This document shows, piece by piece, positions 8,830 through 20,505 of a DNA stretch of 64,000 nucleotides (position 1 is the first letter of the stretch; each line of letters starts with the position of its first letter). The stretch spans positions 4,721 to 68,720 of the forward strand of contig JBCCGP010000005.1 in assembly GCA_039029215.1 (NCBI GenBank), given 5' to 3'. The notes beneath the pieces were generated by a model that saw only the letters and a list, made by a program, of their open reading frames with translations, did not search any database and was not told where the DNA came from. Made by a program: the position numbers and the translations under genes. The stretch is from Pseudomonadota bacterium (GTDB lineage Bacteria; Pseudomonadota; Alphaproteobacteria; Rhodobacterales; Rhodobacteraceae).

Positions 8830-10949
8830 AAGCGGCGGCGCTCCTGCCGCTGGCAATCCTGATAATCTTATCGACAAATCTTCCACTCTTTTCACAAACC
8901 CAACCTGCGACATTGGTTGCTGACCTTCTTCGATATGATGCAAATTCAGGTGCGTTGACAGCACGCGGAAATGTGAAGGTCTTTCATGAGGGTCGCATTC
9001 TAAGCGCGCCTATTATTCTATATGACGCGCAATCAGATCGCTTAAGCTTACCAGAAGGGTTCACGCTTTCTGACCAAACCTCTGTCATTCAGGGGCGCGA
9101 GGCGACCATCGACGCCAACCTTGAAACCGCGATTATCTTAGGCGCACGGGCCCTTATACAAGAGCGTTTGACAATCGAAGCGGACAAAATCACCCGCCGC
9201 GCCGATGGAACCAGCCAATTTGAGGCGATCATCGCCTCGACATGCACCACTTGTGCAGAACGTCCGGTGCCGTTCTGGCAAATTCGTGCTGCGCGCATCA
9301 TTCATGATCCTCAAGCGCGCAGATTACATTATGAAAACGCCCAGCTTGACATTGTGGGTATTCCTATCCCCTTCCCGCCACGTTTTTCGACACCAGAACC
9401 GGGTGTCGCACGCGCCACCGGATTTCTGGCCCCAAGCCTGATCTCGAACACGCGTTTGGGGATTGGTGGAAAAATTCCATATTATCGCGTCCTCGATGCG
9501 TATAGTGATATCACCTTAACCCCATTTGTGACATCTAAAGGCGGGCCTGTTTTGGAGGCTGAATATAGACGCCGAACCAAGAACGGGGGCTATTCAATCG
9601 ATGGTGCTGTAGCATTTGGTGACGCATTGAGCGATGAAAGTGTCAATGGCTTCATCGTATCCGAAGGTGGTTTTTTCCTTAAACGTAGCTATGTTTTGGA
9701 TTTTGAGATTAATCTTTCAAGCGACTTTGATCAGGCCACCGAGACTGGTTTTATGGAAACTTATGGATATAGCAATAATGATCGCTTGCCCAATTTCATA
9801 AGATTGTCGCGCACCAAAACAGATAGCTATTTTGAGATATCGACCGGTTTTACGCAGTCATTTAGGACTACAGATACAACCGCAGAAATTCCGGTAATTT
9901 TACCGCATGCCTATTTCCGTGAAAAACACGCTCGAAGGTTTCTTGGGGGGGCGGTGGAATATTCGGCTTTCGCAACTGGCTTGTCGCTTGGAAACTCCGA
10001 ATATTATTCCCGACTAGGCGGCGTCTTACATTGGCAAAACTCTTGGATTACCCAAAATGGTATTGTGATTTCCGCCGATGCACAGCTAATCGGAAATGCT
10101 TATATTGGTGCTGGCACAAACACGCTATCTGTCGCGCCAGTGACCGCAATTGAGGTACGCTACCCACTCGCACTTACGACCCAGAATGCCCAACATGTGT
10201 TGGAACCAATCGTACAATTGGTTTGGTCACGCGATAAACCTTTTGGAACACCGATTGAAAATGTTGACGCAAATGACTCAACGACAGCTGAATTCGAAGA
10301 AACCAACCTTTTCTCCCTAAACCGTTTTCCTGGTTATGATGAGATTGAAGCAGGCCTTCGTGCGAATGTCGGTCTTCGCTATCTTCGATATGCAAAATCA
10401 GGTTGGGAACTAGGCGTCACGGTCGGGCGAGTCTTTCGTAGTGCAAATCTTGGGCAGTTTAACACCACAAATGCAAACGGGTTATCGCAGCGAAACTCTG
10501 ATTATGTCGCGGCTGTTTCACTCGCGCTTCCAGATCGGTTGGAAATCACTAGTCGGCTTCTGTTCAGTACTGATTTCAAAATCTCAAAAAATGAACTTGA
10601 ATTGTCTTACACCGCGGATCGATTTTCTGGGGAAATTCGATATGTTTTTCTCAACGATATTCTTGGAACAGCGCAACAACAGCATGAAATTGGACTATTG
10701 GCGCAATACCGTTTGGACAATGATTGGGCGCTTGCGGTGGATTGGCGTGAAAATCTGGTGACCAATCAAACCATCGATGGCACAATTGGTCTGATTTACG
10801 AAAACGAATGCGCAAGGCTTCAATTCTCATTGTCCGTCGAATATGATAGCAACGGGCAGCGCGAAACAGAATTCGGCCTTCAGCTTTCTTTGCTTGGTTT
10901 TGGGGGCAATTCGAATTACAAAAATGCAACGCACAGATGCAAAGGATAA
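8751..10949 (+). CDS. lptD: LPS-assembly outer-membrane protein LptD
   Basis: A signal-like AAALLPLAILIILS is followed by an OstA-type N-terminus (LVADLLRYDANSGALTARGNVKVF) and a long beta-barrel region. The only in-frame ATGs (8751, 8763) lie inside the lptG 3' end, so the start is uncertain. Confidence 0.85.
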   Translation: MGGGMEPDTRSNSRCFDLLPLYRRWIKAAALLPLAILIILSTNLPLFSQTQPATLVADLLRYDANSGALTARGNVKVFHEGRILSAPIILYDAQSDRLSLPEGFTLSDQTSVIQGREATIDANLETAIILGARALIQERLTIEADKITRRADGTSQFEAIIASTCTTCAERPVPFWQIRAARIIHDPQARRLHYENAQLDIVGIPIPFPPRFSTPEPGVARATGFLAPSLISNTRLGIGGKIPYYRVLDAYSDITLTPFVTSKGGPVLEAEYRRRTKNGGYSIDGAVAFGDALSDESVNGFIVSEGGFFLKRSYVLDFEINLSSDFDQATETGFMETYGYSNNDRLPNFIRLSRTKTDSYFEISTGFTQSFRTTDTTAEIPVILPHAYFREKHARRFLGGAVEYSAFATGLSLGNSEYYSRLGGVLHWQNSWITQNGIVISADAQLIGNAYIGAGTNTLSVAPVTAIEVRYPLALTTQNAQHVLEPIVQLVWSRDKPFGTPIENVDANDSTTAEFEETNLFSLNRFPGYDEIEAGLRANVGLRYLRYAKSGWELGVTVGRVFRSANLGQFNTTNANGLSQRNSDYVAAVSLALPDRLEITSRLLFSTDFKISKNELELSYTADRFSGEIRYVFLNDILGTAQQQHEIGLLAQYRLDNDWALAVDWRENLVTNQTIDGTIGLIYENECARLQFSLSVEYDSNGQRETEFGLQLSLLGFGGNSNYKNATHRCKG

Positions 10950-10953
10950 ACGC

Positions 10954-11853
10954 ATGAAATACCTCAAAATTGGATGCATTTCTGCATTGCTTGCATTGGG
11001 CAATCCGATGCCTGTTATCGCACAGTCTGGTGCCACTTTGTTTGATACTGTTGTTCAAGTGAACGATGATGTTGTCACGAATTTCGAACTTATCCAACGC
11101 ACACGGATGCTGGAACTGTTCGGTGCCACAGGCAATCGTCGTGAGACAGCGTTGGATCAATTGATCAACGAACGTATTTTCCTTCAAGCTGGGCGCGCTC
11201 AGAATATTGTGCCGACTGAAGAAGATGTTTTTGCAGGCATGGAAGAATTTATCAGCCGTGGAAATTTAAACCTTGATGAGTTTCTAGCACTCCTTGCCCA
11301 ACAAGGCATCGATCAAGAGAGCTTTCGTGACTTTATAGCCGCCGGTGTGGTTTGGCGCGAGGTTGTTAGATCTCGGTTCGTCCGTCAGGTGACAATTTCG
11401 GATGATGAGGTGGCCATCGCATTGAACCGCGCGGCAAACTTGGGCAATCCATTGGTCGCAAACAGTGCGGAAATCACAACTTATGCGACTTTGACACTGC
11501 CAAACACTGCGGATGCGGGTGCGCGCGCACGTGTGTTGCGGACAGAGATCGATAACTGCTTTGATTTGCGCGCCAATCAAGACAAAGGTGTATTTGAAGA
11601 AATCTCTGCAAAAAATGCTGAAATTCCTGCCTCGATTGCCTCGGAACTGGTCAATCTTGATACGGATGAGACAACCTCGATCACCTTACAATCAGGACGC
11701 GTGGCTGTGCTTATGTTGTGTGACCGAACGCGTGAATTGCCCGAAGGTTCGGATGAAGAAATTCGTGCGCAGTTATTTAGCAACAAAGTTGCCGGACTAG
11801 GTGCGGGTCTTTTACAAGAGCTGCGCGGTGATGCCTTCATCGATTTCAAATAA
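10954..11853 (+). CDS. surA: SurA N-terminal-domain periplasmic chaperone
   Basis: The start is MKYLKIGCISALLALGNPMPVIAQ (signal peptide). It has a SurA_N-like region (VVQVNDDVVTNFELIQR) and sits in the conserved lptD-surA-pdxA-rsmA position. Confidence 0.75.
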   Translation: MKYLKIGCISALLALGNPMPVIAQSGATLFDTVVQVNDDVVTNFELIQRTRMLELFGATGNRRETALDQLINERIFLQAGRAQNIVPTEEDVFAGMEEFISRGNLNLDEFLALLAQQGIDQESFRDFIAAGVVWREVVRSRFVRQVTISDDEVAIALNRAANLGNPLVANSAEITTYATLTLPNTADAGARARVLRTEIDNCFDLRANQDKGVFEEISAKNAEIPASIASELVNLDTDETTSITLQSGRVAVLMLCDRTRELPEGSDEEIRAQLFSNKVAGLGAGLLQELRGDAFIDFK

Positions 11854-12823
11854 TTCCGCAATTGCACTAACCGGCGGCGATCCAAATGGTGTTGGGCTAG
11901 ATCTGACTTGGGCCGCATTTGATGCCCTGTCGGGTGAAATTCCTTTCTTTGTAATTGCTGATAAAGATCATGTCGCTGCGCGTCGTCCAGATCACAGAAT
12001 AACAGTGATAAATGGTCCCACAGATTTGGATTCTGTTGCGCCGGACACTTTGCCGGTGTTGCATTTGAATTTTCCGATCTCCCCTAGTTTAAAAGGTATT
12101 CAATATGAAAATGCCAGCGCAATAATTGAAACGATTAAAGCAGGCGTCGATTTGGTGCAAAATGGCGCTGCCGCTGCATTAGTAACCAATCCGGTTCACA
12201 AACACGTTTTGCAAGAAGGCGCGGATTTCAAATATCCGGGGCATACAGAGTTTTTAGCAGCGCTTGCTGGTAAAGAACGCTCGATCATGATGTTGGCCTG
12301 TAATGAACTGCGTGTCGTTCCCGTGACCATTCATTGTGCTTTATCCGATGTCCCGAATTTGCTTACGCAAGATTTGCTACGCGAAACAATTGAAATTACG
12401 GTAAGCGATCTACAATCACGATTTGGGATTGAAAAGCCGAAGGTCGCGATTTCTGGGCTTAATCCACATGCGGGTGAAAGCGGTGCCTTTGGTCGGGAAG
12501 AAATAGAGATTATTGAACCAGTTTTGGTACAAATGAAAAAAGAAGGTTTTGATCTCAACGGCCCCTTTTCTGCAGACACACTCTTTCATGCAGATGCGCG
12601 TGCTCAATATGATTGTGCAATTGCGATGTATCATGACCAAGCATTGATCCCGATTAAAACTTTGGATTTTCATGGCGGCGTTAATGTGACCCTTGGGCTG
12701 CCGTTCATTCGCACATCTCCTGACCACGGTACCGCCTTTGACCTGGCCGGAACAAGTCGTGCAAACCCCACAAGCTTGATCAATGCGCTCAAACTTGCCC
12801 ATCATATGGCCACACATGGTTGA
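11831..12823 (+). CDS. pdxA: 4-hydroxythreonine-4-phosphate dehydrogenase
   Basis: [25 protein letters not shown] and HGTAFD motifs are present. The first ATG (11831) overlaps the surA 3' end by 23 nt. Confidence 0.88.
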   Translation: MPSSISNNSAIALTGGDPNGVGLDLTWAAFDALSGEIPFFVIADKDHVAARRPDHRITVINGPTDLDSVAPDTLPVLHLNFPISPSLKGIQYENASAIIETIKAGVDLVQNGAAAALVTNPVHKHVLQEGADFKYPGHTEFLAALAGKERSIMMLACNELRVVPVTIHCALSDVPNLLTQDLLRETIEITVSDLQSRFGIEKPKVAISGLNPHAGESGAFGREEIEIIEPVLVQMKKEGFDLNGPFSADTLFHADARAQYDCAIAMYHDQALIPIKTLDFHGGVNVTLGLPFIRTSPDHGTAFDLAGTSRANPTSLINALKLAHHMATHG

Positions 12824-13673
12824 TCCCGTTCGCGATCTTCCGCCGTTGCGGGACGTGATCGCCCAATATAATTTGCGCGCGAAAAAATCACTTGGTCAGA
12901 ACTTTTTATTGGATATGAACTTAACCTCTAAAATTGCGCGGCAGGCCGGCGATTTGGCGCATTTCGACATATTAGAAATCGGCCCAGGCCCCGGCGGACT
13001 AACACGGGCCTTATTGGCCGCAGGAGCAAGGCGCGTTGTTGCAATCGAACGCGATGAACGCTTGCGCCCTGCGCTTCAGGACATCGCAGACATAACAAAG
13101 GGCCGCCTTGAGGTGGTTTTCGGTGATGCGACTACGGTTGATCCGTGCGATCATTTGACCGCACCGATCAAAATCGTGGCAAACCTACCCTATAACGTCG
13201 GCACGGCTTTACTGGTCAATTGGCTAGAGCAGGATCAATGGCCCCCGTTTTGGACATCGATGACGTTGATGTTCCAACGCGAAGTCGCCGAACGGATTGT
13301 GGCCAAACGTGGGAATAAACATTATGGTCGCCTTGCGCTTTTGACCGCATTGCGCGCGGATGCGTCGATAAAGATGGATTTACCGCCTTCCGCGTTCACC
13401 CCACCGCCCAAGGTCAGTTCCGCAGTCGTCCATATCGAAGCGCTGCCGAACTACCGATTTGAAGCAGATTTAAGCATTCTGAAACAAATCACGACGCAGG
13501 CATTCGGACAAAGGCGAAAAATGTTGCGTGCCAGTTTAAAGGGTATTTCCAAACAGATTGAAAAGAATTTAGAAGCGGCAGGTATATCACCCACTGCAAG
13601 GCCGGAAGAAGTCGATTTAGAAAGCTTTTGTAAATTGTCGTGCGTCTTAAAGGCACATAAAAAAACGAATTAG
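12816..13673 (+). CDS. rsmA: 16S rRNA (adenine1518/1519-N6)-dimethyltransferase
   Basis: [19 protein letters not shown] and NLPYN motifs are present. The ATG at 12816 overlaps the pdxA stop. Confidence 0.92.
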   Translation: MVDPVRDLPPLRDVIAQYNLRAKKSLGQNFLLDMNLTSKIARQAGDLAHFDILEIGPGPGGLTRALLAAGARRVVAIERDERLRPALQDIADITKGRLEVVFGDATTVDPCDHLTAPIKIVANLPYNVGTALLVNWLEQDQWPPFWTSMTLMFQREVAERIVAKRGNKHYGRLALLTALRADASIKMDLPPSAFTPPPKVSSAVVHIEALPNYRFEADLSILKQITTQAFGQRRKMLRASLKGISKQIEKNLEAAGISPTARPEEVDLESFCKLSCVLKAHKKTN

Positions 13674-14131
13674 GATTCTGCTGTTTCCACAATCGTCGAT
13701 TTCGCATCCGCCTCTGGTGTCTCAACAAGCCCGGTCTCATTCGCCTCATTCGGGAATATCGCCTGTCCTTCGCTTGCGACTACATCAGGTTGCTCGGATG
13801 TTTCCGTTGGCGCTTCTGCCGCAGGAGTTTCCTGTTTTGGCTTTTGCTGGCTTTGTTGATTTTCTTTGCGTTTCGCCAATTCGCGCTGTGCTTCGCTTAA
13901 TAGCCGAGAGTAATGTTCAGAATGTTGCAAGAAATTTTCATAGGCAACACGGTCGCCTGATAATTGCGCATCGCGCGCCAAGGTCTGATATTTATCGATA
14001 ATCTGTTGTGGCGTTCCGCGCACTTTTCCCTCGGGCCCTGAACTGTCAAAAACGCGATTCACGACGTTGCCAGGATTATAACGGCGATTATTATTTTTAT
14101 TTCTTGAACGCGATTTATTCGATGATCTCAT
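13670..14131 (-). CDS. DUF4167-domain protein
   Basis: It has a basic N-terminus ([12 protein letters not shown]), then [17 protein letters not shown]...[10 protein letters not shown] and an acidic tail. This matches the alphaproteobacterial family usually found next to prmC. Confidence 0.65.
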   Translation of the reverse strand: MRSSNKSRSRNKNNNRRYNPGNVVNRVFDSSGPEGKVRGTPQQIIDKYQTLARDAQLSGDRVAYENFLQHSEHYSRLLSEAQRELAKRKENQQSQQKPKQETPAAEAPTETSEQPDVVASEGQAIFPNEANETGLVETPEADAKSTIVETAES

Positions 14132-14260
14132 CTGATCAGAATGTCCTATTTTGGAAGTTGTGCCGATTATTAACCAATTTCGGCGTTGCAGCTCACCCCG
14201 CTGCTAAAAAAGTTATAGACGCCAATACCATTGATGACAAGCAATTATTCATTGGCAATT

Positions 14261-15079
14261 TCAAGCTTTAATTCTATGGATTTTCATAACGCGGTCTTTC
14301 TCATTAATATCTCGGAAAACTTGAATGTTATCAAAGCCTTGAGAGATAAAAATAGACTTTACTGCCTCCGCTTGCGTCCAGCCAATCTCTAACAAAACAA
14401 CACCATTATCGGTCAAAAATCGCGCGGCTTTGGATGCGATGTCCCTGAAAGCTGTCAAACCATCAGCATTGTCTGTTAAGGCGATGCGTGGATCCCAATC
14501 CAAGGCGCGTTCCCTCTCACCATATTCACCCATTGAAAGATAAGGCGGATTACAGATTATAAGATCAAATTTACCTTCTACCTCAGAAAACCAATCACTT
14601 TCTAACCAAGTTACTCTATCCTCAAGACCTAATCGGACCGCGTTTTGTTTCGCAATTTCAAGCGCTTTGGGTGATATGTCGGTTCCAAGACCAACTGCTT
14701 CGGGCATCTCTTTTAAAAGCGATAACAAAACAGCGCCCGAGCCAACACCAAGTTCTAAGACATTATTTGCAAAGCTGTATGAGGCACCAATTTCGACCAA
14801 CAACTCGCTATCAGGTCGCGGATCAAGCACATCATCGGTTACAAAAAAACGATCTTTCCAAAAATCACGAAATTCCAGAACTTTGCTCAATGGACGACCG
14901 CGCGCGCGCTCTAAAAGGAAATTTTCAAACGCTTGAATTTCTTCGATTGATGGATGCTCGTCCCAGACCACGACGGTTTGGCCGGTAATTTCACGAACAA
15001 AAATCGAGATTTCTCGGCCAGCATCTGCACTTTTAAGCTGTTTTTGTCCGCGCGCGCGCAAATCGCGCCAACGTGTCAC
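14261..15079 (-). CDS. prmC: release-factor glutamine N5-methyltransferase
   Basis: It has the NPPY catalytic motif (IICNPPYL) and the SAM motif LELGVGSGA. The start overlaps the prfA stop. Confidence 0.9.
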   Translation of the reverse strand: MTRWRDLRARGQKQLKSADAGREISIFVREITGQTVVVWDEHPSIEEIQAFENFLLERARGRPLSKVLEFRDFWKDRFFVTDDVLDPRPDSELLVEIGASYSFANNVLELGVGSGAVLLSLLKEMPEAVGLGTDISPKALEIAKQNAVRLGLEDRVTWLESDWFSEVEGKFDLIICNPPYLSMGEYGERERALDWDPRIALTDNADGLTAFRDIASKAARFLTDNGVVLLEIGWTQAEAVKSIFISQGFDNIQVFRDINEKDRVMKIHRIKA

Positions 15080-16131
15080 AAGCTTAGCTCGGCTAGTTTC
15101 GCGGCTTTATCTTCGGCGGTCAGCGCATCGATAATGTCCGTTAGATCGCCTTCCATCACTTTATCAAGCGTATATAGTGTCAAATTGATCCGATGATCAG
15201 AAACGCGTCCTTGTGGAAAATTATAGGTCCGAATACGTTCTGAGCGATCGCCCGAACCGACCTGATCTTTGCGCATCTCTGCGCGCTCCGCATCTGCGGC
15301 TTGGCGCTGCGCGTCGTAAAGGCGTGTTTTCAGCATCGCCATCGCTATCTCTCGGTTGCGGTGCTGTGACTTCTCAGAGCTTGTGACGACAATGCCAGAG
15401 GGCATATGTGTGATACGTACTGCCGAGTCTGTTTTGTTTACATGCTGTCCACCAGCGCCAGAGGAGCGATATGTATCAATACGAATATCGTTGGCCGGAA
15501 TATCGATATCGACATCTTCCGCCTCAGGCATAATTGCCACTGTCGCAGCAGAGGTATGTACCCTGCCCCCGCTTTCGGTTTCTGGCACGCGTTGGACGCG
15601 ATGCACACCGCTTTCGAATTTTAAGCGTGCAAAAACACCTGCGCCTTTCACATTTGCGACCACCTCTTTATAGCCACCTAGCTCAGTTTCGCTGCCTTCG
15701 ACAATTTCAAACTTCCACCCCTGCCCCTCGCAATAGCGATGATACATACGCAAAAGATCACCCGCGAACAGGGCAGCCTCATCACCGCCGGTGCCTGCGC
15801 GTATTTCAACAATGGCCGGTTTGTCGTCTGCCTCATCCTTCGGTAAAAGTGAGACTTGCAATGCCCGCTCTGCGTTCGGCAAGGCGGATCGCAATTCGGG
15901 CAATTCTTCCTCTGCCAGTGCTTTCATTTCGGCATCGTCAAGCATGGCTTCGGCTTCTTTGATATCGCCAAGCAATTGGCGATAAGCTACGATTTGATCC
16001 ACAACGGGTTTCAAATCGGAATATTCTTTGGACAATGTCGCAATCTCATCTGCCGCAGATCCATCGGCCATTTTTGCCTCTAAAAAGGCAAACCGCTGGG
16101 TGATCTGTTCAAGCTTTTCTTCTGCAATCAT
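15076..16131 (-). CDS. prfA: peptide chain release factor 1
   Basis: [16 protein letters not shown] (GGQ) and a PxT-type RF1 body are present. I chose the start at the first ATG (16131). The track ORF begins at an upstream TTG. Confidence 0.92.
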   Translation of the reverse strand: MIAEEKLEQITQRFAFLEAKMADGSAADEIATLSKEYSDLKPVVDQIVAYRQLLGDIKEAEAMLDDAEMKALAEEELPELRSALPNAERALQVSLLPKDEADDKPAIVEIRAGTGGDEAALFAGDLLRMYHRYCEGQGWKFEIVEGSETELGGYKEVVANVKGAGVFARLKFESGVHRVQRVPETESGGRVHTSAATVAIMPEAEDVDIDIPANDIRIDTYRSSGAGGQHVNKTDSAVRITHMPSGIVVTSSEKSQHRNREIAMAMLKTRLYDAQRQAADAERAEMRKDQVGSGDRSERIRTYNFPQGRVSDHRINLTLYTLDKVMEGDLTDIIDALTAEDKAAKLAELSL

Positions 16132-16188
16132 GTTAATCTGCTTGCCCCTAGCAATGGCCAAGGTCAAGGAAAATAGCCGCCGTTGGCT

Positions 16189-16641
16189 TTACTTGAGTGA
16201 CGCTTCTAGTGCTTTCAGCCATGCGCTCACGCGGGCTTTATTCTTACCTAAATCGCTTATTCCGAAGCGTGATCTGGCGTAAATCGCAAGCTCTGCCTTA
16301 TCCGATGCGATATTGACGATTTTCACAGACATATAATCGGGAAAGCCGATTAATTTGCTGCGCGATATGTAGGTTAGAAAACCTTCTTCTGCGCTGCCGG
16401 CCAGTATTTCGGCGCGCTCCCCGTCAAGCTTGGGAAATATGTTTGATAAGGCTGAAGCGAGCGTCTTTTTCGTCAAACCCACAGCTTCTAATTCAGCAGT
16501 TACCTGAAAGCTATTCAATCTTTCTGGATGATCCAGTGTTGGATCAATGTGCCATACGGCCTCTTTGCTAGGCGCAAAGCGCACATAGACAAAAAACACC
16601 AGCAGTAAAATAAACCCTACTACGATCCATGTTTTGAACAT
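16189..16641 (-). CDS. DUF1499-domain membrane-anchored protein
   Basis: An N-terminal TM helix is followed by FPDYMSVKI...SRFGISDLGKNKARV, typical of DUF1499. Confidence 0.65.
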   Translation of the reverse strand: MFKTWIVVGFILLLVFFVYVRFAPSKEAVWHIDPTLDHPERLNSFQVTAELEAVGLTKKTLASALSNIFPKLDGERAEILAGSAEEGFLTYISRSKLIGFPDYMSVKIVNIASDKAELAIYARSRFGISDLGKNKARVSAWLKALEASLK

Positions 16642-16643
16642 AT

Positions 16644-17765
16644 CTATGCCGCGTCGTCTTTGGTGTTTTCTATTTCCGCGGCGCGCGTCTCAACCAGATC
16701 CACAATATGATCAATCATCTGTTCATTATCGATCTTGTGATCAGATTGTCCGGCAATATAGACCATTCCTGAACCCGCGCCCCCACCTGTGAAGCCGACA
16801 TCGGTCAACAAGGCCTCTCCTGGCCCATTCACAACACAACCAATGATACTCAAACTCATTGGTGTCTTGATATGCTCCAAACGTTGTTCCAGAATTTCAA
16901 CAGTTTTGATCACATCAAAGCCTTGGCGTGCACAGGACGGGCAAGAAATAATATTCACGCCGCGATGGCGCAACCCAAGTGCCTTTAGAATTTCAAATCC
17001 GGCTTTGACCTCTTCCACCGGATCAGCACTCAGCGATACACGCATCGTATCTCCGATACCCATCCACAAAAGATTTCCCAATCCAATCGAGGATTTAACG
17101 GTTCCAGTGGTCAATCCCCCCGCTTCTGTAACGCCAAGATGAATTGGCGCATCGGTGGCATCAGCCAAACCTTGATAGGCCGCCGCTGCCATAAATACGT
17201 CCGAGGCTTTGACAGAAACTTTGTACTGATCAAAATTATGATCCTCAAGAATACGAATATGATCTAACGCGCTTTCAACCATCGCATCGGGACAGGGTTC
17301 GCCATATTTTTCCAACAAGTGCTTTTCCAAAGATCCTGCATTCACACCAATACGGATGGAACAGCCATTCGCGCGCGCGGCTGCAATTACTTCTGCGACC
17401 CGGTCAGCATTACCAATATTGCCGGGATTGATCCGCAGACATGCCGCGCCCGCCTCGGCCGCTTCAATCCCGCGTTTATAGTGAAAGTGAATATCGGCAA
17501 CCAATGGCACCTGTGATTGTCGAACAATCTCGGAAAACGCAGCGGTTGATGCCGTATCTGGGCAGCTAACCCGCATTATATCAGCACCAGCATCCGCACA
17601 TGCATTGATTTGTGCAACCGTTGCGTCAACATCATGTGTCAATGTGTTGGTCATGGACTGCACCGAAATAGGTGCGTCGCCACCCACGGGAACGGACCCC
17701 ACATAAATTTGACGCGATTTACGGCGTTCAATCGTGCGCCAAGGCCGGATTTCTGTCAATGACAT
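16644..17765 (-). CDS. ispG: 4-hydroxy-3-methylbut-2-en-1-yl diphosphate synthase
   Basis: 373 aa. It has a TIM-barrel region (RINPGNIG) and the C-terminal cluster cysteines ISCPSCAR...GCVVNGPGE. Confidence 0.93.
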   Translation of the reverse strand: MSLTEIRPWRTIERRKSRQIYVGSVPVGGDAPISVQSMTNTLTHDVDATVAQINACADAGADIMRVSCPDTASTAAFSEIVRQSQVPLVADIHFHYKRGIEAAEAGAACLRINPGNIGNADRVAEVIAAARANGCSIRIGVNAGSLEKHLLEKYGEPCPDAMVESALDHIRILEDHNFDQYKVSVKASDVFMAAAAYQGLADATDAPIHLGVTEAGGLTTGTVKSSIGLGNLLWMGIGDTMRVSLSADPVEEVKAGFEILKALGLRHRGVNIISCPSCARQGFDVIKTVEILEQRLEHIKTPMSLSIIGCVVNGPGEALLTDVGFTGGGAGSGMVYIAGQSDHKIDNEQMIDHIVDLVETRAAEIENTKDDAA

Positions 17766-17915
17766 CAGACAGCAAGCTCGTTTTATTTTCTGACACTATA
17801 GCCGTGTAAGGGTACCAGGACAATGGTCAGAGGCACTAAACCAACACACCAATTCATCGAAGCGTGTTACTTGATTTTCTTTACAAACCAATAGGTTATC
17901 AAAAACGTCGTAAAT

Positions 17916-19052
17916 TTATTCCGCGCTGGCCAACGCCGCATTCAACGGCTCTGACACTTCAAGCCCTGCTAAATCAATGTCGCCGATATATGCATCCATG
18001 ATATAATCTGGCGTCAATTCAACATCATCAACGACCGACGTCCCGTTTCCAGCCGGACCATAGATATTGTCTGCCACAGAAAAATAAACCGAACCAGAAT
18101 TGCCCGCCCTTAGAATTGCGCCGTCCTCTTGCGCGACCAGGTAAGATTCTCCCCGGTTCAAGATTTTTTCGAAAATGATCGTCCCATCCTGCGTATAAAC
18201 TCTCACCCAGGATGGTTCTGCTGCGAATAATATGATTTCGTCTGGCGCTTTTTCTGTCGCAACCGGCTGCGGAACATCCGCGGCTGGAACCGTATTTATC
18301 TCTGGCGCGTAAATTCCTAAACTTTGAGGATCAATGCTTGAAATTGGTCCCATGCGCGGCGTTAAAATTGGTGTATTCAGGCTGGTCGGTTGATAAAGAC
18401 CAGCCAGTTTATCCTCGTTTGAGGCCTCGGATTGCGACGCAGTCTCACCCTGCGGCAGAGACGCGATAATGTCAGTTTGCGGCGCTTCAGGTGCGGCAAT
18501 GGTTCCAACCGTCTCATTTACGGGGGCAAAGCTGACGCGTTGCACCTCTTGTAACGCGGTATAACCAAGATATCCCAAGCCCGAGACAAACAAAGCTAAT
18601 GTCAAAACGGATACGATCATATTGCCGCTGATCTTTGACATCAAACCATGATCCAAGCCTTTTTTTCCAAGGAATGGATTGGACAAGGTCTTGTCTAAAT
18701 GGGTGGATTTCGAACGCGTTTCTGATCGGCGCGTGGACGTGTCAGCAAATTGGGATTGCAACCCCACAAATCCGCTTTCGGCGCAGAATTGGGTGAAACA
18801 GCCTTCGGGATCAAGGCCCAAATGTTCCGCGTAAGAGCGCACATAACCGGCAATAAAGCTGGGCGCAGGAAAGCCAGAGACGTCGCAACTTTCGATTGCC
18901 TCTAACAATTCCGCTCTGATCTTCAAATCGGCTGAAATATCGCTCAGTGACTTGCCCATCGTCGCGCGTTCCCCGCGCAACTTGTCGCCTAAAGTAATCT
19001 CAAAAGAGTCAAACCCCTGAAGCTCTTCTGCGCTGTTATCCTGTTCAAGCAC
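17916..19052 (-). CDS. RodZ-like HTH / DUF4115 bitopic membrane protein
   Basis: It has an N-terminal XRE-type HTH (LGDKLRGERATMGKSLSDIS), one TM helix and a C-terminal DUF4115-like beta domain. It is adjacent to ispG, as rodZ is in E. coli. The start is GTG. Confidence 0.7.
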   Translation of the reverse strand: MLEQDNSAEELQGFDSFEITLGDKLRGERATMGKSLSDISADLKIRAELLEAIESCDVSGFPAPSFIAGYVRSYAEHLGLDPEGCFTQFCAESGFVGLQSQFADTSTRRSETRSKSTHLDKTLSNPFLGKKGLDHGLMSKISGNMIVSVLTLALFVSGLGYLGYTALQEVQRVSFAPVNETVGTIAAPEAPQTDIIASLPQGETASQSEASNEDKLAGLYQPTSLNTPILTPRMGPISSIDPQSLGIYAPEINTVPAADVPQPVATEKAPDEIILFAAEPSWVRVYTQDGTIIFEKILNRGESYLVAQEDGAILRAGNSGSVYFSVADNIYGPAGNGTSVVDDVELTPDYIMDAYIGDIDLAGLEVSEPLNAALASAE

Positions 19053-19165
19053 GCGCGTTCCCCTGAAACCATTTGCCTAGTCGGACGATTCGTTGGTGTC
19101 ATCCGTACCTGTGGATAAAGTATCACAAAATCAAGAGCTTGTGCGAGATTTTCTTTTACGCTGTA

Positions 19166-20407
19166 TTAACCGGTGCATTTCAGCCGAGAGAGCTCGCAAA
19201 ATGACCATAACTCATCCATCGCGTTTATAAGATGATCGATCTCTTCTTTGCTATGAACAGGTGATGGCGTAAAACGCAATCTTTCTTCTCCGCGCGGGAC
19301 CGTCGGAAAATTGATAGGTTGCACATAAATATCAAAATCATTCAATAAACGATCGGAAAGCATCTGACATTTCACCGGATCGCCGATCATCACTGGAACG
19401 ATGTGGCTACCGTGATCCATGACAGGTACGCCTAAAGCGCGAAAACGGTTTTTTAGAAGTTTGGCTTTCTCCTGATGCTCTGTGCGCAAAGCATCCGTGT
19501 CTTTCAGATACGCGATTGATGCGGCAGCAGCAGCAGCCATCGATGGTGGCAACGATGAAGTAAAGATAAAGCCCGGCGCATAAGACCGCACAGCATCCAC
19601 AAATTTCGCGCTGGCTGCAATATATCCACCAATCACACCATAGGCTTTTGCCAAAGTTCCGTTAATGATATCGATCTGATCCATTAATCCCAAAGATGCC
19701 GCGACCCCTGCCCCTTTTGGTCCATAAAGACCAACAGCGTGAACCTCATCCAAATAGGTCAGGGCGTTATACCGATCCGCAAGCGCGCAAATCTCTTTGA
19801 TTGGTCCGAAATCTCCATCCATGGAATAAAGAGATTCGAACGCTATAACTTTAGGGGCATCTAGGGGCAGCGTTTTTAGTATTTCTTCAAGATGTGCGAC
19901 ATCATTATGTCTAAAGATATGCTTTTGCGCATTGCTGTGGCGAATGCCCGCGATCATAGAGGCATGATTTGACGCGTCTGAAATAATTTGGATGCCTGGA
20001 AAAAACTTCGGCAGAACGGATAGCGTTGCCTCATTTGCGTTAAATGCAGAGGTGAACAACAAAGCACCCTCTTTTCTATGAAGGGACGCTATTTCCGCCT
20101 CTAGCGCCTTATGATAGACTGTGTTCCCCGAAATATTGCGCGTGCCACCCGAGCCTATCCCTGCATCTTCAATCGCGCTTTGGGCAGCTTCCACCACAAC
20201 CTTGTGCTGCCCCATGCCCAAATAGTCATTGCCACACCAAACGGTGATCTGTTTTTCATTGCCATCCGCATCTACATGGGTCGCGCGTGGAAAATCGCCC
20301 TTGATCCGGCTGATATTTTGAAAAATACGATACCGGCCTTCGTTGTGAAGCGCTGAAAGCGCTGCATCAACATTCTTAAGATAATATTTGCGCATTGGAC
20401 CCGACAT
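19166..20407 (-). CDS. hemA: 5-aminolevulinate synthase
   Basis: It belongs to the alpha-oxoamine synthase family, with [20 protein letters not shown] and the PLP-lysine region GTLAKAYG. The start could instead be the ATG at 20395. Confidence 0.9.
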   Translation of the reverse strand: MSGPMRKYYLKNVDAALSALHNEGRYRIFQNISRIKGDFPRATHVDADGNEKQITVWCGNDYLGMGQHKVVVEAAQSAIEDAGIGSGGTRNISGNTVYHKALEAEIASLHRKEGALLFTSAFNANEATLSVLPKFFPGIQIISDASNHASMIAGIRHSNAQKHIFRHNDVAHLEEILKTLPLDAPKVIAFESLYSMDGDFGPIKEICALADRYNALTYLDEVHAVGLYGPKGAGVAASLGLMDQIDIINGTLAKAYGVIGGYIAASAKFVDAVRSYAPGFIFTSSLPPSMAAAAAASIAYLKDTDALRTEHQEKAKLLKNRFRALGVPVMDHGSHIVPVMIGDPVKCQMLSDRLLNDFDIYVQPINFPTVPRGEERLRFTPSPVHSKEEIDHLINAMDELWSFCELSRLKCTG

Positions 20408-20505
20408 TCCCGATATTTACTACGACTCAAGGCTATGCGGCGGGGTTTAACGCTTTCTTAACTGTCCTCATATGGGCTTTTGGTCGCAGTCAGAACCACT
20501 TTGGT

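Noticed and set aside
10651-11187. 178-aa minus-strand ORF spanning the lptD/surA junction
   Set aside because: It is antisense to two confidently called genes and its composition is not protein-like.
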